Below are positions 1 to 9,500 of a stretch of DNA of 64,000 bases, in pieces. Each line of letters opens with the position of its first letter. The first letter of the stretch is position 1. The notes below the pieces were generated by a model, which saw only the letters and a list, made by a program, of their open reading frames with translations, did no database searches and was not told the origin of the DNA. The stretch comes from Lachnospiraceae bacterium (GTDB lineage Bacteria > Bacillota > Clostridia > Lachnospirales > Lachnospiraceae). Position numbers and translations under genes: made by a program. The stretch spans positions 33,199-97,198 of the forward strand of contig JAFSDJ010000082.1 in the NCBI GenBank assembly GCA_017436305.1. The letters run 5' to 3'.

Positions 1-260
1 CAGAGTACATAGGCAATTTAGCTGTTTCTCAGACAGAAACGGCTTACGTGGAAACACTATACACCGGAATGGGTTTCTCAGGAACCGGAGATTTATTTGC
101 TTCTGTTATATGTAGCTCCTTAGTAAATGGGCTGTCCACAAAGCAGGCAATGGAAAAAGCAACTTATTTTTTGCAGGATGCAATTGAAGAGGCCTCTGCA
201 GAAAAGATTCCAAGAAATCATGGAGTACATTTTGAAAAATATTTATCACGACTACTTTAG
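1..260 (+). CDS. pdxK: Pyridoxal/pyridoxamine kinase family protein, C-terminal fragment (5' end outside window)
   Basis: The frame is open from the window edge (codons from nt 3) to TAG 258-260. The track start at 48 is only an internal GTG. It contains the GTGDLF motif typical of PdxK/PdxY-type ribokinase-fold kinases. The next gene is an ECF S component. Confidence 0.7.
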   Translation, partial: EYIGNLAVSQTETAYVETLYTGMGFSGTGDLFASVICSSLVNGLSTKQAMEKATYFLQDAIEEASAEKIPRNHGVHFEKYLSRLL

Positions 261-272
261 GAGGGCAAAACA

Positions 273-836
273 ATGAGTGCAAAATTAGCAACCAAAAATG
301 AAAAGAAATCACTAACAAAAACACAGGAAGAAACAACTTCCAAAACAAAATATATGGCAATTACAGGTTTTATGGCAGCCTTAATTACCATTATGACAGC
401 ATATGTATGCCATATTCCTGTTGGAATGAATGGAGGTTATGTTCATTTTGGAGATTCTTTAATCTATCTGGCAGCAGTACTTCTTCCAACACCCTATGCT
501 TTAGCGGCAGCAGCAATCGGTGGAGGACTGGCAGATTTACTGACCGCACCCATGTGGGCACCGGCTACCATTATTATAAAAATGCTTATCACCATACCAT
601 TTACTAACAAATTAAAGAAAATCATTACACCAAGAAACGTAATAGCAGCCGTCTTAGCTTACTTTATTTCAGGAATCAGCTATTTCCTTGCAGAATATGT
701 TTTGTTTGGAACATGGTCTGTATTTTTAGTATCCATGAGTGAAAGCCTGATACAATCAGGCGGTAGTGCTATTTTCTTTATTGTATTCGGTCTTGCACTG
801 GATAAGGCCCATGTGAAAACGAGGTTTTTTAGCTAA
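273..836 (+). CDS. ECF-transporter S (substrate-capture) component-like membrane protein; a vitamin B6-related (PdxU-like) role is suggested only by context
   Basis: 187 aa, with GGAGG about 8 nt upstream of ATG 273. A Lys/Thr-rich N-terminal tail is followed by several hydrophobic helices. It starts 12 nt after the pdxK-like stop. Confidence 0.6.
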   Translation: MSAKLATKNEKKSLTKTQEETTSKTKYMAITGFMAALITIMTAYVCHIPVGMNGGYVHFGDSLIYLAAVLLPTPYALAAAAIGGGLADLLTAPMWAPATIIIKMLITIPFTNKLKKIITPRNVIAAVLAYFISGISYFLAEYVLFGTWSVFLVSMSESLIQSGGSAIFFIVFGLALDKAHVKTRFFS

Positions 837-913
837 AACATTTATTATGGAAACATGGGCTTCCTACACCCTAATCATATTATAATAAGAAAAAGAAAAG
901 AGAGAATTTTACC

Positions 914-1513
914 ATGGCAGATATTTTATACACATACAAAAATCAAGTATACGCAAACATTACCAACATGTGCGACTGTAATTGTCAGTTTTGCGTTCGT
1001 TCCCTAAAAGACAGCGTAGGTGAAGCAGACAGCTTATGGCTTCATGGAGATCCCACACTGGAAGAAATCAAAAAAGCAATGGATGAATTTGATTTTACAG
1101 GATATGAGGAGTTAGTTTATTGTGGCTACGGAGAGCCAACCTGTGCACTGGAAAATCTCATTGCCAGCGCAGCTTATGCAAGAGAAAAATATAACGTAAA
1201 GGTACGGGTAAACACAAACGGTCTGGCAAATTTATATCACAAACGAAATGTGGTACCGGAGCTTGCCAAAGTAGTAGACAGCGTATCCATTAGCTTAAAT
1301 GCTCCAACCCCGGAAAAATATCAGGAAGTAACAAGACCGCAGTTTGAAAATGCATTTTCTGCAATGCTGGAATTTGCAGAGCTTTCTAAAGAAGCCTTCG
1401 AACATACACAACTTTCCATTGTAGATGTGCTTCCACAAGAGGAAATTGAGCAATGTCAGAAAATTGCTGACGACAGAGGTATTTATTTGAAAATAAGAAA
1501 GTTTTCAGAGTAA
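914..1513 (+). CDS. Small radical SAM protein (resembles the TatD-associated radical SAM family)
   Basis: 199 aa. The N-terminal Cys cluster NMCDCNCQFC contains CX3CX2C, and a GYGEP motif follows. There is no SPASM-type C-terminal extension. A strong terminator follows the gene. Confidence 0.8.
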   Translation: MADILYTYKNQVYANITNMCDCNCQFCVRSLKDSVGEADSLWLHGDPTLEEIKKAMDEFDFTGYEELVYCGYGEPTCALENLIASAAYAREKYNVKVRVNTNGLANLYHKRNVVPELAKVVDSVSISLNAPTPEKYQEVTRPQFENAFSAMLEFAELSKEAFEHTQLSIVDVLPQEEIEQCQKIADDRGIYLKIRKFSE

Positions 1514-1517
1514 CACA

Positions 1518-1570
1518 GGCAAATAAAAGCAATCTTAAGGTTATCTTAAGGTTGCTTTTAATTTGCCTTT
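1518..1570 (+). terminator. Intrinsic terminator after the radical SAM gene
   Basis: Long hairpin ggcaaataaaagcaatcttaag / cttaaggttgcttttaatttgcc (one bulge, one wobble) followed by T residues. Confidence 0.75.
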
Positions 1571-1649
1571 AGAAGCGTATTGTAAGATTTCATTGTGAAA
1601 TGAGAGCAAAAGAAAAAATAAGCAGTAAAAAAGCAGGAGGTCAGACAAT

Positions 1650-2327
1650 ATGCTAAAGTGCCAAAATCTGAAAAAATCATATAAAGAAAAATGCGTGGTA
1701 AATAATTTGTGCTTTCAGGTAAATAAAGGCGAGGTATTTGCATTGCTTGGAGCCAATGGAGCAGGAAAAACAACCACCATAAAAATGATACTTGGACTTG
1801 TAAAAAAGGATGAAGGGGAGATTACTTTAGAAGAAGGTATGAAAATCGGATATTCCCCGGACACTCCATTTTTTCCACCCTTTCTAACAGGTAGGGAAGC
1901 ACTTAATTATTATGGAAAGCTTCAAAAAATACCTAAAAAGGAATTAAGTCCAATTATAACAGAACTGCTTGAAACAGTAGGACTGGACGATGATAAAACA
2001 AAAATTAAAAATTATTCCAAGGGAATGTTACAAAGACTGGCTTTTGCCCAGGCACTTCTTGGAGAGCCGGATTTTCTTATTTTAGACGAACCTACGGCAG
2101 GGTTAGATGCCCTTGGCAGAATAGAAATGATGGAGTTGATTGGACGGCTGAAACGGTCAGGGAAAACTATACTACTTAATTCCCATATTTTAAATGACAT
2201 CGAAAGAGTCTGCGACAGGGGAATTATTATGAAAAAAGGAAAAACTCTTGGAACCTGGTCGAAAGAGCAGGATTATGGTGGAAAGAGCCTGGAAGAAATT
2301 TTTGTAGAACTCGTAGGCGCAAACTAG
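1650..2327 (+). CDS. ABC transporter ATP-binding protein (ABC-2 exporter type)
   Basis: Walker A GANGAGKTT, signature-like YSKGMLQR and Walker B FLILDEP. AGGAGG lies upstream of the ATG. Confidence 0.9.
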   Translation: MLKCQNLKKSYKEKCVVNNLCFQVNKGEVFALLGANGAGKTTTIKMILGLVKKDEGEITLEEGMKIGYSPDTPFFPPFLTGREALNYYGKLQKIPKKELSPIITELLETVGLDDDKTKIKNYSKGMLQRLAFAQALLGEPDFLILDEPTAGLDALGRIEMMELIGRLKRSGKTILLNSHILNDIERVCDRGIIMKKGKTLGTWSKEQDYGGKSLEEIFVELVGAN

Positions 2328-2390
2328 TAAAGAATCATGTAAACAGTAGAAAGAAAAAGCAATTAAACTTGTAAATTTCGGAGGAGAAAA

Positions 2391-3146
2391 ATGATTATAG
2401 CAGCTCATGCAATAAAAGAAAAAATAAGAAGAAAAGAATTATATATTGTAGCGATGATAGGAGTTTTAGTACTGATTTTGTTTAGTGCAGACGGCTCTAC
2501 CATAAGCATCGCAGGAAAACCTATTACAGATTATGACAATCTGGCCCCCATATTTTTAATTATGGTAAATGCCATTTGCGGAGCATTGGCAATTTTTTTA
2601 AGCCTGAAAACGATTCCAAATGAATACGAAAGAAAAACAAGTCATCTTGTGTGGATAAGAGGAATCAGCCAGACAAGATATCATAGCGAGTTAGCAATTG
2701 CTAACGGAATTAGCTGTATGCTGGCAGAGGGAATTATGTTTATTGGGATGATTCTTTTTACTTTGATGAAACACCGACAAGACCAGCTATGGAAACTGAT
2801 TCCGGCATATTTTATTATGGCACTTGGCATTTGGATTGTAAGTCTTCTAACCAGTCTGTTAAGTATTATTTTTCCAGGCATGGTGGCAGGATTAATTGCG
2901 GCTATTGTTTATCTGGCAGGAATTTTTCACAGTGTGTTAGAGTTGTTTGGAAATATGGTTTCCGGTTTGGTAGGAAAGCTATTGGATATTGTCTTATGGA
3001 TTGTTCCAAATCTTCATGAAATTCAGGCACAGGCCGGAAATATTTTTACCGGAAGCAGTATTTCCATTCATGTAATTGTAAAAGGACTTTTTATTATATG
3101 GCTGTTAGGTTTGGGCTTTATGATTTTTAAGAAGAAGGAGGCGTAA
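2391..3146 (+). CDS. ABC-2 family transporter permease
   Basis: 251 aa with about 6 hydrophobic segments. It directly follows the ATPase gene. GGAGGAG RBS. Confidence 0.8.
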   Translation: MIIAAHAIKEKIRRKELYIVAMIGVLVLILFSADGSTISIAGKPITDYDNLAPIFLIMVNAICGALAIFLSLKTIPNEYERKTSHLVWIRGISQTRYHSELAIANGISCMLAEGIMFIGMILFTLMKHRQDQLWKLIPAYFIMALGIWIVSLLTSLLSIIFPGMVAGLIAAIVYLAGIFHSVLELFGNMVSGLVGKLLDIVLWIVPNLHEIQAQAGNIFTGSSISIHVIVKGLFIIWLLGLGFMIFKKKEA

Positions 3147-3149
3147 ACG

Positions 3150-4187
3150 GTGGGAAATATGAAAAAAATTGCCTATGGAGCAGTAGGTGTAATTCTTCTT
3201 TTTACTACGATTTTTACGGGAAGAACAGGACTTGGTGAAGAAAATATAGAGATATATAAAAAAGCTTTGGAATTGCAATCCAAAATGGAAGGAACGGGAT
3301 TTGAAAATTTCAGGTTAGAGGATTATACGGTGGCATTTTATGATGGAAAAAACGATTATGTAATCGTAAACAGTGACACAGAAATTACCACCCAAAAGCG
3401 TGAGCCTGTTATGGATACACTGGTGGCTACAGCATGGGAGACCGATGGAGAATATCAAGTGCTGTGTCCCACAGTAGAAAAGCTTCAGGGGCTTGTCAAC
3501 ATGTTAATGCCTGCAGCTCAGGTTCAGACAACACCGGAAGATACAGATAGTGCAAATACCGACAATGCATACACACAAGAAAGCCACGTAGCGACAATCT
3601 GGCACGAGGCATTTCACTGCTATCAGCTGACAAATTATGAGCAGGGCATAGAAAAACTTATAGGGGCAGAAGATAGAGAAACTGCTAATGTGGCAGACAC
3701 CAATCTGATAGTTACAGAAGTGGACGGCAATGAACAGGTTGTAAACCTATACAAAAAGGAAATTGCACTGCTGGAAAAAGCAATTAATGAGGATGACCTT
3801 GACGTGGTAAAAGAGATTATTTTAGAATATAAACAACTGGATGAGGAGAGAAAAGAATTTTTAAGCTCTGAATGTCAGTTAGCAGAGGCTTACTATACGG
3901 TTATGGAGGGCACAGCTTATTATGTTGAAGAGTTAGCATACGCTAACTTGCAGCAGCCCGAAAAACAGGATGACCGGACAAACAAAAATGTGGTTTGGGA
4001 CATAAATCAGACATCAGCCAATGACATAAAGTTAGAACCATATACAGAAGGCACAAATAAGTATTATAATATCGGAAGGGCACAGTGCTTGATTTTAGAC
4101 AAGTTAAGTCCTGACTGGAAGGCAGATTATGATTTTTCAAGGGAGTTAATTGAGCTGATATATGAAGAAGCCGGGATTTTACAGTAA
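3150..4187 (+). CDS. Membrane-anchored extracytoplasmic protein with an HExxH motif (putative gluzincin-like metallopeptidase domain); family not recognised
   Basis: GTG 3150 lies 8 nt after GAAGGAGG and 3 nt after the permease stop. An alternative ATG is at 3159. One N-terminal TM helix. HEAFH is encoded at 3603-3617, and an EGTAYY segment lies about 100 aa downstream. Confidence 0.7.
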   Translation: MGNMKKIAYGAVGVILLFTTIFTGRTGLGEENIEIYKKALELQSKMEGTGFENFRLEDYTVAFYDGKNDYVIVNSDTEITTQKREPVMDTLVATAWETDGEYQVLCPTVEKLQGLVNMLMPAAQVQTTPEDTDSANTDNAYTQESHVATIWHEAFHCYQLTNYEQGIEKLIGAEDRETANVADTNLIVTEVDGNEQVVNLYKKEIALLEKAINEDDLDVVKEIILEYKQLDEERKEFLSSECQLAEAYYTVMEGTAYYVEELAYANLQQPEKQDDRTNKNVVWDINQTSANDIKLEPYTEGTNKYYNIGRAQCLILDKLSPDWKADYDFSRELIELIYEEAGILQ

Positions 4188-4254
4188 AACAAAGAATAAT
4201 CGGAAATCCCGCAAGTCTGACAGAATAAAAAATAGAAGGTGCAGAGAGAGTCAA

Positions 4255-4953
4255 ATGGAATATAAAATACTTGCAGCAGACGATGAAACTGAATTACTGG
4301 ATGCTTTGGAGCTATATATGTTAAGAGAAAATCTTTCCTTAATAAAGGCAGCAAATGGCGTGGAGGCATTAAATTTATTTCATAAGGAGAAGCCTCATAT
4401 GGTGTTGTTAGATGTGATGATGCCGGGCATGGACGGATTTTCAGTGCTTAGGAAAATCCGGGAGGAAAGCAAGGTGCCTGCCATTATGCTTACTGCCAGA
4501 GGAGAAGATTACGATAAGATTTTAGGTTTAGAGCTTGGAGCAGATGATTATATTACAAAACCCTACAACCCTATGGTAGTAGTGGCAAGAATTAAGGCAC
4601 AGCTTCGGCGCAATTATGATTATCAGGAAAACAGCAGTAAAGACAATATTATGACATGTCATAACATCAGCTTAAATTCCAAGGAAGGAACGGTTACAAA
4701 AAACGGGGAACTTATTGAACTGACAAGAACGGAATTTAAAATCTTAGAGCTGCTTATAAAGACGCCGGGACGGATTTATACAAAACAGCAAATATTTGAT
4801 TATGTCTGGGGCGATGACCCAGTAGCTTATGACAATACAGTTATGGTACATATTAGTAATTTAAGGGCGAAAATCGAAGAGCAACCTAAAGCCCCCAGAT
4901 TGTTAAAAACAATAAAAGGGCTGGGCTATAAGTTGGAAAAAGAAAAGATTTAG
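4255..4953 (+). CDS. OmpR/PhoB-family response regulator
   Basis: REC domain (LLDVMMPGMDG) plus a winged-helix output domain. I prefer ATG 4255 (MEYKILAADDE) over the track start at 4162, whose upstream extension overlaps the previous gene and is Lys/Arg junk. Confidence 0.9.
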   Translation: MEYKILAADDETELLDALELYMLRENLSLIKAANGVEALNLFHKEKPHMVLLDVMMPGMDGFSVLRKIREESKVPAIMLTARGEDYDKILGLELGADDYITKPYNPMVVVARIKAQLRRNYDYQENSSKDNIMTCHNISLNSKEGTVTKNGELIELTRTEFKILELLIKTPGRIYTKQQIFDYVWGDDPVAYDNTVMVHISNLRAKIEEQPKAPRLLKTIKGLGYKLEKEKI

Positions 4954-4961
4954 GGATTTTT

Positions 4962-6368
4962 ATGAGGAAGAAAAAGTTAAAAACAGGTATTTTTCATAAA
5001 TTAGTTTTAAGCTATGTAATATTTGCAGTGCTTACATTTTTGGTGATTTTACTCTGCTTTCTTCTGGCAGCTACCAAAATGGGCAATGGAAACGCAGATA
5101 ATTTGTCTGTTTATGACATTGTGGATGATGAGGGAAATATTGTAAATGAACAGCCGATTAAAGAACTGGGAGCGTGGATAGAGGTTTTAGATGAAGAATA
5201 TAATGTAACAGAGGTTTATGGTACAAAACGTACAGAGCAGATGCAATACACTCCGGGAGATATTTTTTCTATTACAAGTAGTGAGGAAGATACAGCCAGA
5301 GACTATGTGGGATTTATCAAATATGTAGAAAAAACAAAAAAATATTATTTGATTATGTATAACAAATCCTCTGTTCAGTATAACGTTACCTTTTTAATAA
5401 ATATGACAGGAGAAAATAGTACATCGCCGGTAACTATTATGATGTATGCCCTCTTTTTTGGGTTATCCATTGCTAACGTACTGCTTCTTAGCCTGTATCT
5501 GCGTCATAAAATTAAAAAGCCTTTAGATGCGCTAATGGCCGGAATGGAAAAGGTAAAAGCCGGGGAAAGCAATGTAACTCTCAATATGAAAACAGAAGCC
5601 GAATTTGAGCAGATTATGGAGGCTTTTAATGTGATGAGCAACCAGTTGGAGAAGGAAAAGGCAGAAAATGCCATGCTTATTAAAAAGAAAAATCAGCTTC
5701 TTTTAGAGTTGTCCCACGATATTAAGACTCCCATTGCCACCATAAAAAGTTATTCCAATGCGTTAGAAGCAGGACTTGTGCCGGAGGAGAAAAAACAGAG
5801 CTATTACCAAACGATAGATAAAAAAGTAGACCGGATTCTGAACCTGTCCGAGGACATGTTTTTAATGTTAAAAATGGATTATGAGGACTACAAAATCCAG
5901 ACAGAAAAAACTGATATATGCGAGCTTCTAAGAAAAATTTGTGCGGAATATTATGACGAGATTGAAGGAGCCGGATTTGAATTTTCTGTTCGGATTCCGG
6001 AAGAAGCTTACTATTATCCCATTGATGTACGCCTGTTTGCAAGAGTTATTGGAAATCTTCTTACCAATGCCCAAAAATATAACCGCACAGGCAGACAAAT
6101 ACAGGTTTTATTTGATGAAAATAATGCTACAATTAAAATTATGGATGATGGTAAAGAAATTAAACAGGAGGAAAACCACTCTATTTTTGATGCATTTTCC
6201 AGAGGAGATAAAGCCCGTTCCTCTGATGGTGGCACCGGGCTGGGACTTGCTATTGCAAAGACTATTGTAGAAAAGCATGCTGGTGAAATCGGTTATTGCC
6301 GGGAAGAAGATTGGAATTTGTTTTATATTAAATTATCAGTTGAAAAAAATAAGAAAAACAGTATGTAA
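4962..6368 (+). CDS. Sensor histidine kinase (two TM helices, extracellular loop, HAMP, HisKA, HATPase_c)
   Basis: H-box LSHDIKTPI, N-box LLTNAQKYN and G-box GTGLGLAI. It starts 9 nt after the regulator stop. Confidence 0.9.
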   Translation: MRKKKLKTGIFHKLVLSYVIFAVLTFLVILLCFLLAATKMGNGNADNLSVYDIVDDEGNIVNEQPIKELGAWIEVLDEEYNVTEVYGTKRTEQMQYTPGDIFSITSSEEDTARDYVGFIKYVEKTKKYYLIMYNKSSVQYNVTFLINMTGENSTSPVTIMMYALFFGLSIANVLLLSLYLRHKIKKPLDALMAGMEKVKAGESNVTLNMKTEAEFEQIMEAFNVMSNQLEKEKAENAMLIKKKNQLLLELSHDIKTPIATIKSYSNALEAGLVPEEKKQSYYQTIDKKVDRILNLSEDMFLMLKMDYEDYKIQTEKTDICELLRKICAEYYDEIEGAGFEFSVRIPEEAYYYPIDVRLFARVIGNLLTNAQKYNRTGRQIQVLFDENNATIKIMDDGKEIKQEENHSIFDAFSRGDKARSSDGGTGLGLAIAKTIVEKHAGEIGYCREEDWNLFYIKLSVEKNKKNSM

Positions 6369-6394
6369 AAATACTAATTTACATGCTGTTTTTT
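6358..6394 (+). terminator. Intrinsic terminator after the histidine kinase gene
   Basis: 12-bp stem acagtatgtaaa/tttacatgctgt (one G-T wobble) with an 8-nt loop, followed by a T5 run. The stop codon lies in the 5' arm. Confidence 0.8.
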
Positions 6395-6516
6395 CCCCAT
6401 TTCTTACAAAAATATTAAATTCTCTTGACATAATTACCGCAAAACAGCACAATAAACACAGAGTTACTGATAAGTATGAACAGTAACAAAACAGATATAT
6501 AAAATCGGGAGGGTAT

Positions 6517-9500
6517 ATGTGCCAAAAAACTAAGAGACTATCTTATCTAAAATCAGTAAAGCTATTGGCTTTATTTGGTGTTTTACTAGGACTTTTTTCT
6601 ATCGGCATGGAAGTTCATGCAGAGTATCAGAAATTTCCGGAAAGCAAAGCACCAATTTCTACCATGTCCGTATACAAAAATATGGACACCACTTTCTTAA
6701 AAACTTATCCATTTGGAACTACAACAGGCCAAAGTGCCACCATTGAACTGGAAACGGCACAAGATATGATAAAAGCTACGGATATCCGCTTAAAAGCTGG
6801 CAGATATGTACGTACAGAAGGTTTTTACAGCGTAGGTGATGGAGGTGCAGGTACTTACGTTTTATCAACTACCCCGGCAACGGGTGGTATTTTGTTGGAA
6901 AACGGACTTTATGCCAATTTAATTGCAGATAAAAAAGTCATTGATGGTAAAACCTGGGCCATTGTCAGTGTAAAACAGCTTGGTGCAAAAGGCGATGGAC
7001 AGGAAGGCGAGCAGGATATTGTTAATAGTGCTATTTCGCTTGGTTCTGAATTTGCTAATAATAACAATAGCATTTTCCGTAGTATTGTGTATTTACCAAA
7101 AGGAGAATACAGATGTACCAACCAGGTTCAGATTAATGTATCTAATGTGAATTTTGTAGGTGACGGTGAAGACTCTGTTTTTTTCACAGACAACGATTAT
7201 AGAAAAGATATTGGCTATTATGAGTTTTTCTTTACAGTATGGGGCGCTACCGATTTATATATGGCGGATTTTAAGGTAGAGGCAAGGGAAGTAGACCATT
7301 ATAAATACATGAGACAGATGGTATTTGTTGATTGTAGCAACGTTTATACTTACCGGGTGGATTTAAATATTCCACAGGAAACATTTTCAAAAGATTATTA
7401 TGTGGATAAGCAGTATTCCAGCCTTACTTACTATTCCGGCAACAGAAATATGACGTTGGATGATTGCAAGCTGGAATTAATGAGTTCTACATTCCGAGGG
7501 GCTAATCTGGGTGTATTAGACTTCTACGGAAGAGGAGAAGAAAACATTACCATTATGAACTGTGAATTCCACTCTGATGCCAGAGATGAGCAGATAGGTA
7601 TTTTCTCTGCACGTCCTACATATGAGAATTACGCAGGTTCATTTGTAAGAAATATTTACTTTATAAATAACACAATGTATTCTTACCAGCCTTTAGATCA
7701 GAATGCAGCAGGTGGATGGCGTACCATGTGCTTTACAGTAGCATATGACGAATCCAAAGAAATTGAAAATGTAATAATTTCAGGAAATCACTTTATAGCA
7801 GATTTAGACTCTAAGTTTATGACCTTTGGAGGTGGTCTGCAAAGCTGTGAAGTGTCCCATAATATGATAGAAGCCCGTTGTACCGCCAATAATGGAGCAT
7901 TTCTTTTTGACTCAAGTAATGGTCACAATGAAAGAATACAAATTCAGGATAATGAATTCTACATTACTTACAGAGATAATGAGGGTACAGGTAAATTTGC
8001 AATTTTAAGCGGTCATGGAACTGTAAAAGGAAATAAAATTGTATCGGACACATTCCTGTATCGTATTGGATATGTGAATGGTGTTTATGAGAACAATACT
8101 TATATCAACTTTGGAAATTTAAAGCAGCTTACGGAAGGGATCAAAGAATTTAATAACAATAAAATTGTTAACTATAATCAGCTAGGTACTGATAACCTGG
8201 GTCAGCTTGTAAATTATTATGCTGACTCAGAGGATGATGTGGTTAATTTTACGGGCAATGAAATTATTGATTATAAACTTGCTTATGAAAAAAAAGATTG
8301 GTGGCATTATCTTGTAGATTTACGGAATCAGTTTTCAGAATTTAATTTTGTAGGAAATAAATACATTATTCCCAATAAGTATTTTTATGCATACAGTACG
8401 GCTACTTTGTCCAATGATGTTTGCCCTATACCCGCTATTATGTTCCGTGGATCTTCTATAAATAAAGTAAATTTTAAAAACAATACCCTTCAGGGATTAA
8501 CTAACTATACTACTTATGAGGGTACTACCGTTAATGAGAACGGGGCTCAGTCCTTAGAACAGGTTACAAAAGAGGATAGCTCAAAAGAAGAAGGGCTTCA
8601 GGGAGAAACTCAGACTGATAATATCGAAAGAGAAAGCAACCGGATTCCGGTAGAAACGGAAAGAGCAGTCAGCGAAAACACTATCAGTGAAAATGCAATA
8701 GCAGACGATGGCGTTGTAAACCGGGAAGCTGCTACAGAGCAGAAAGCAGATAGTGTAACAGAGACAGAAGAAACAGAAAGTATATTAGCAGACACAGCAG
8801 ATTCTGATAAAGTTGTGAATTTGTATCTGGAGGGAAATACATACCCTTCTTATACCTATAATGCAAACGATACAGTCTGCACAGAAGTTCAGATTACCCA
8901 GAATGGTAAAGCAACTACTGAAATTTATACCAGTGCATCCGCTGTTTCATTAGGAACCATTGTAAAAGCAGGTTATTTAAATGCTGAAGGAACATGTGAA
9001 AATCCGGCAGTAGTAACCAATAAAACACTTCACTGGCACGTATCCTTAGATGGATTAGCAAGCGTCAATAATGGCGTTGTTACCAGAAAAGAATATGGCG
9101 ATGTTGTAGTGTTTGCGGCACCTATTGATGGAAGTCAGGTTTATGGAAAATGTACTATTCATTTTGTAAAGGGCTTTGCTACGGGCATTCAGGTTGAAAA
9201 AGACAAAGTTACCTTACAGACAAGTAAGAAATATAAAGTAGTTTATGACGTTTTACCGGCAGATTCTGCCTCCCAGACAGTAAAATGGACATCCTCCAAT
9301 GAGGCAGTTGCCACAGTTACAAGTCAGGGTATTATAGAAGCAGTTTCCGTTGGAACAGCAACCATTACCTGTGCAACCCAGGATGGCACTAATGTTACCA
9401 AAACCATTCAGGTTACAGTAGAACCGCTGACTGTTAAGAAAATTACATTAAATTATATCGACTGGTATGATTTTGAATATGAGCAGAATAACAACTGGGA

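Noticed and set aside
914-4187. The idea that the radical SAM gene, ABC ATPase, ABC-2 permease and HExxH protein form a yydFGHIJ-like RiPP cluster, with an 18-codon ORF at 1600-1656 as a possible precursor.
   Set aside because: A strong terminator (1518-1570) separates the radical SAM gene from the ABC genes. The radical SAM protein lacks a SPASM or peptide-recognition domain. The 18-codon ORF has no RBS, and it contains the RBS and overlaps the start of the ABC gene.
4162-4254. Upstream extension of the response regulator ORF (track start 4162).
   Set aside because: The extension overlaps the end of the HExxH gene and encodes K/R/N junk. The conserved REC N-terminus begins at ATG 4255.
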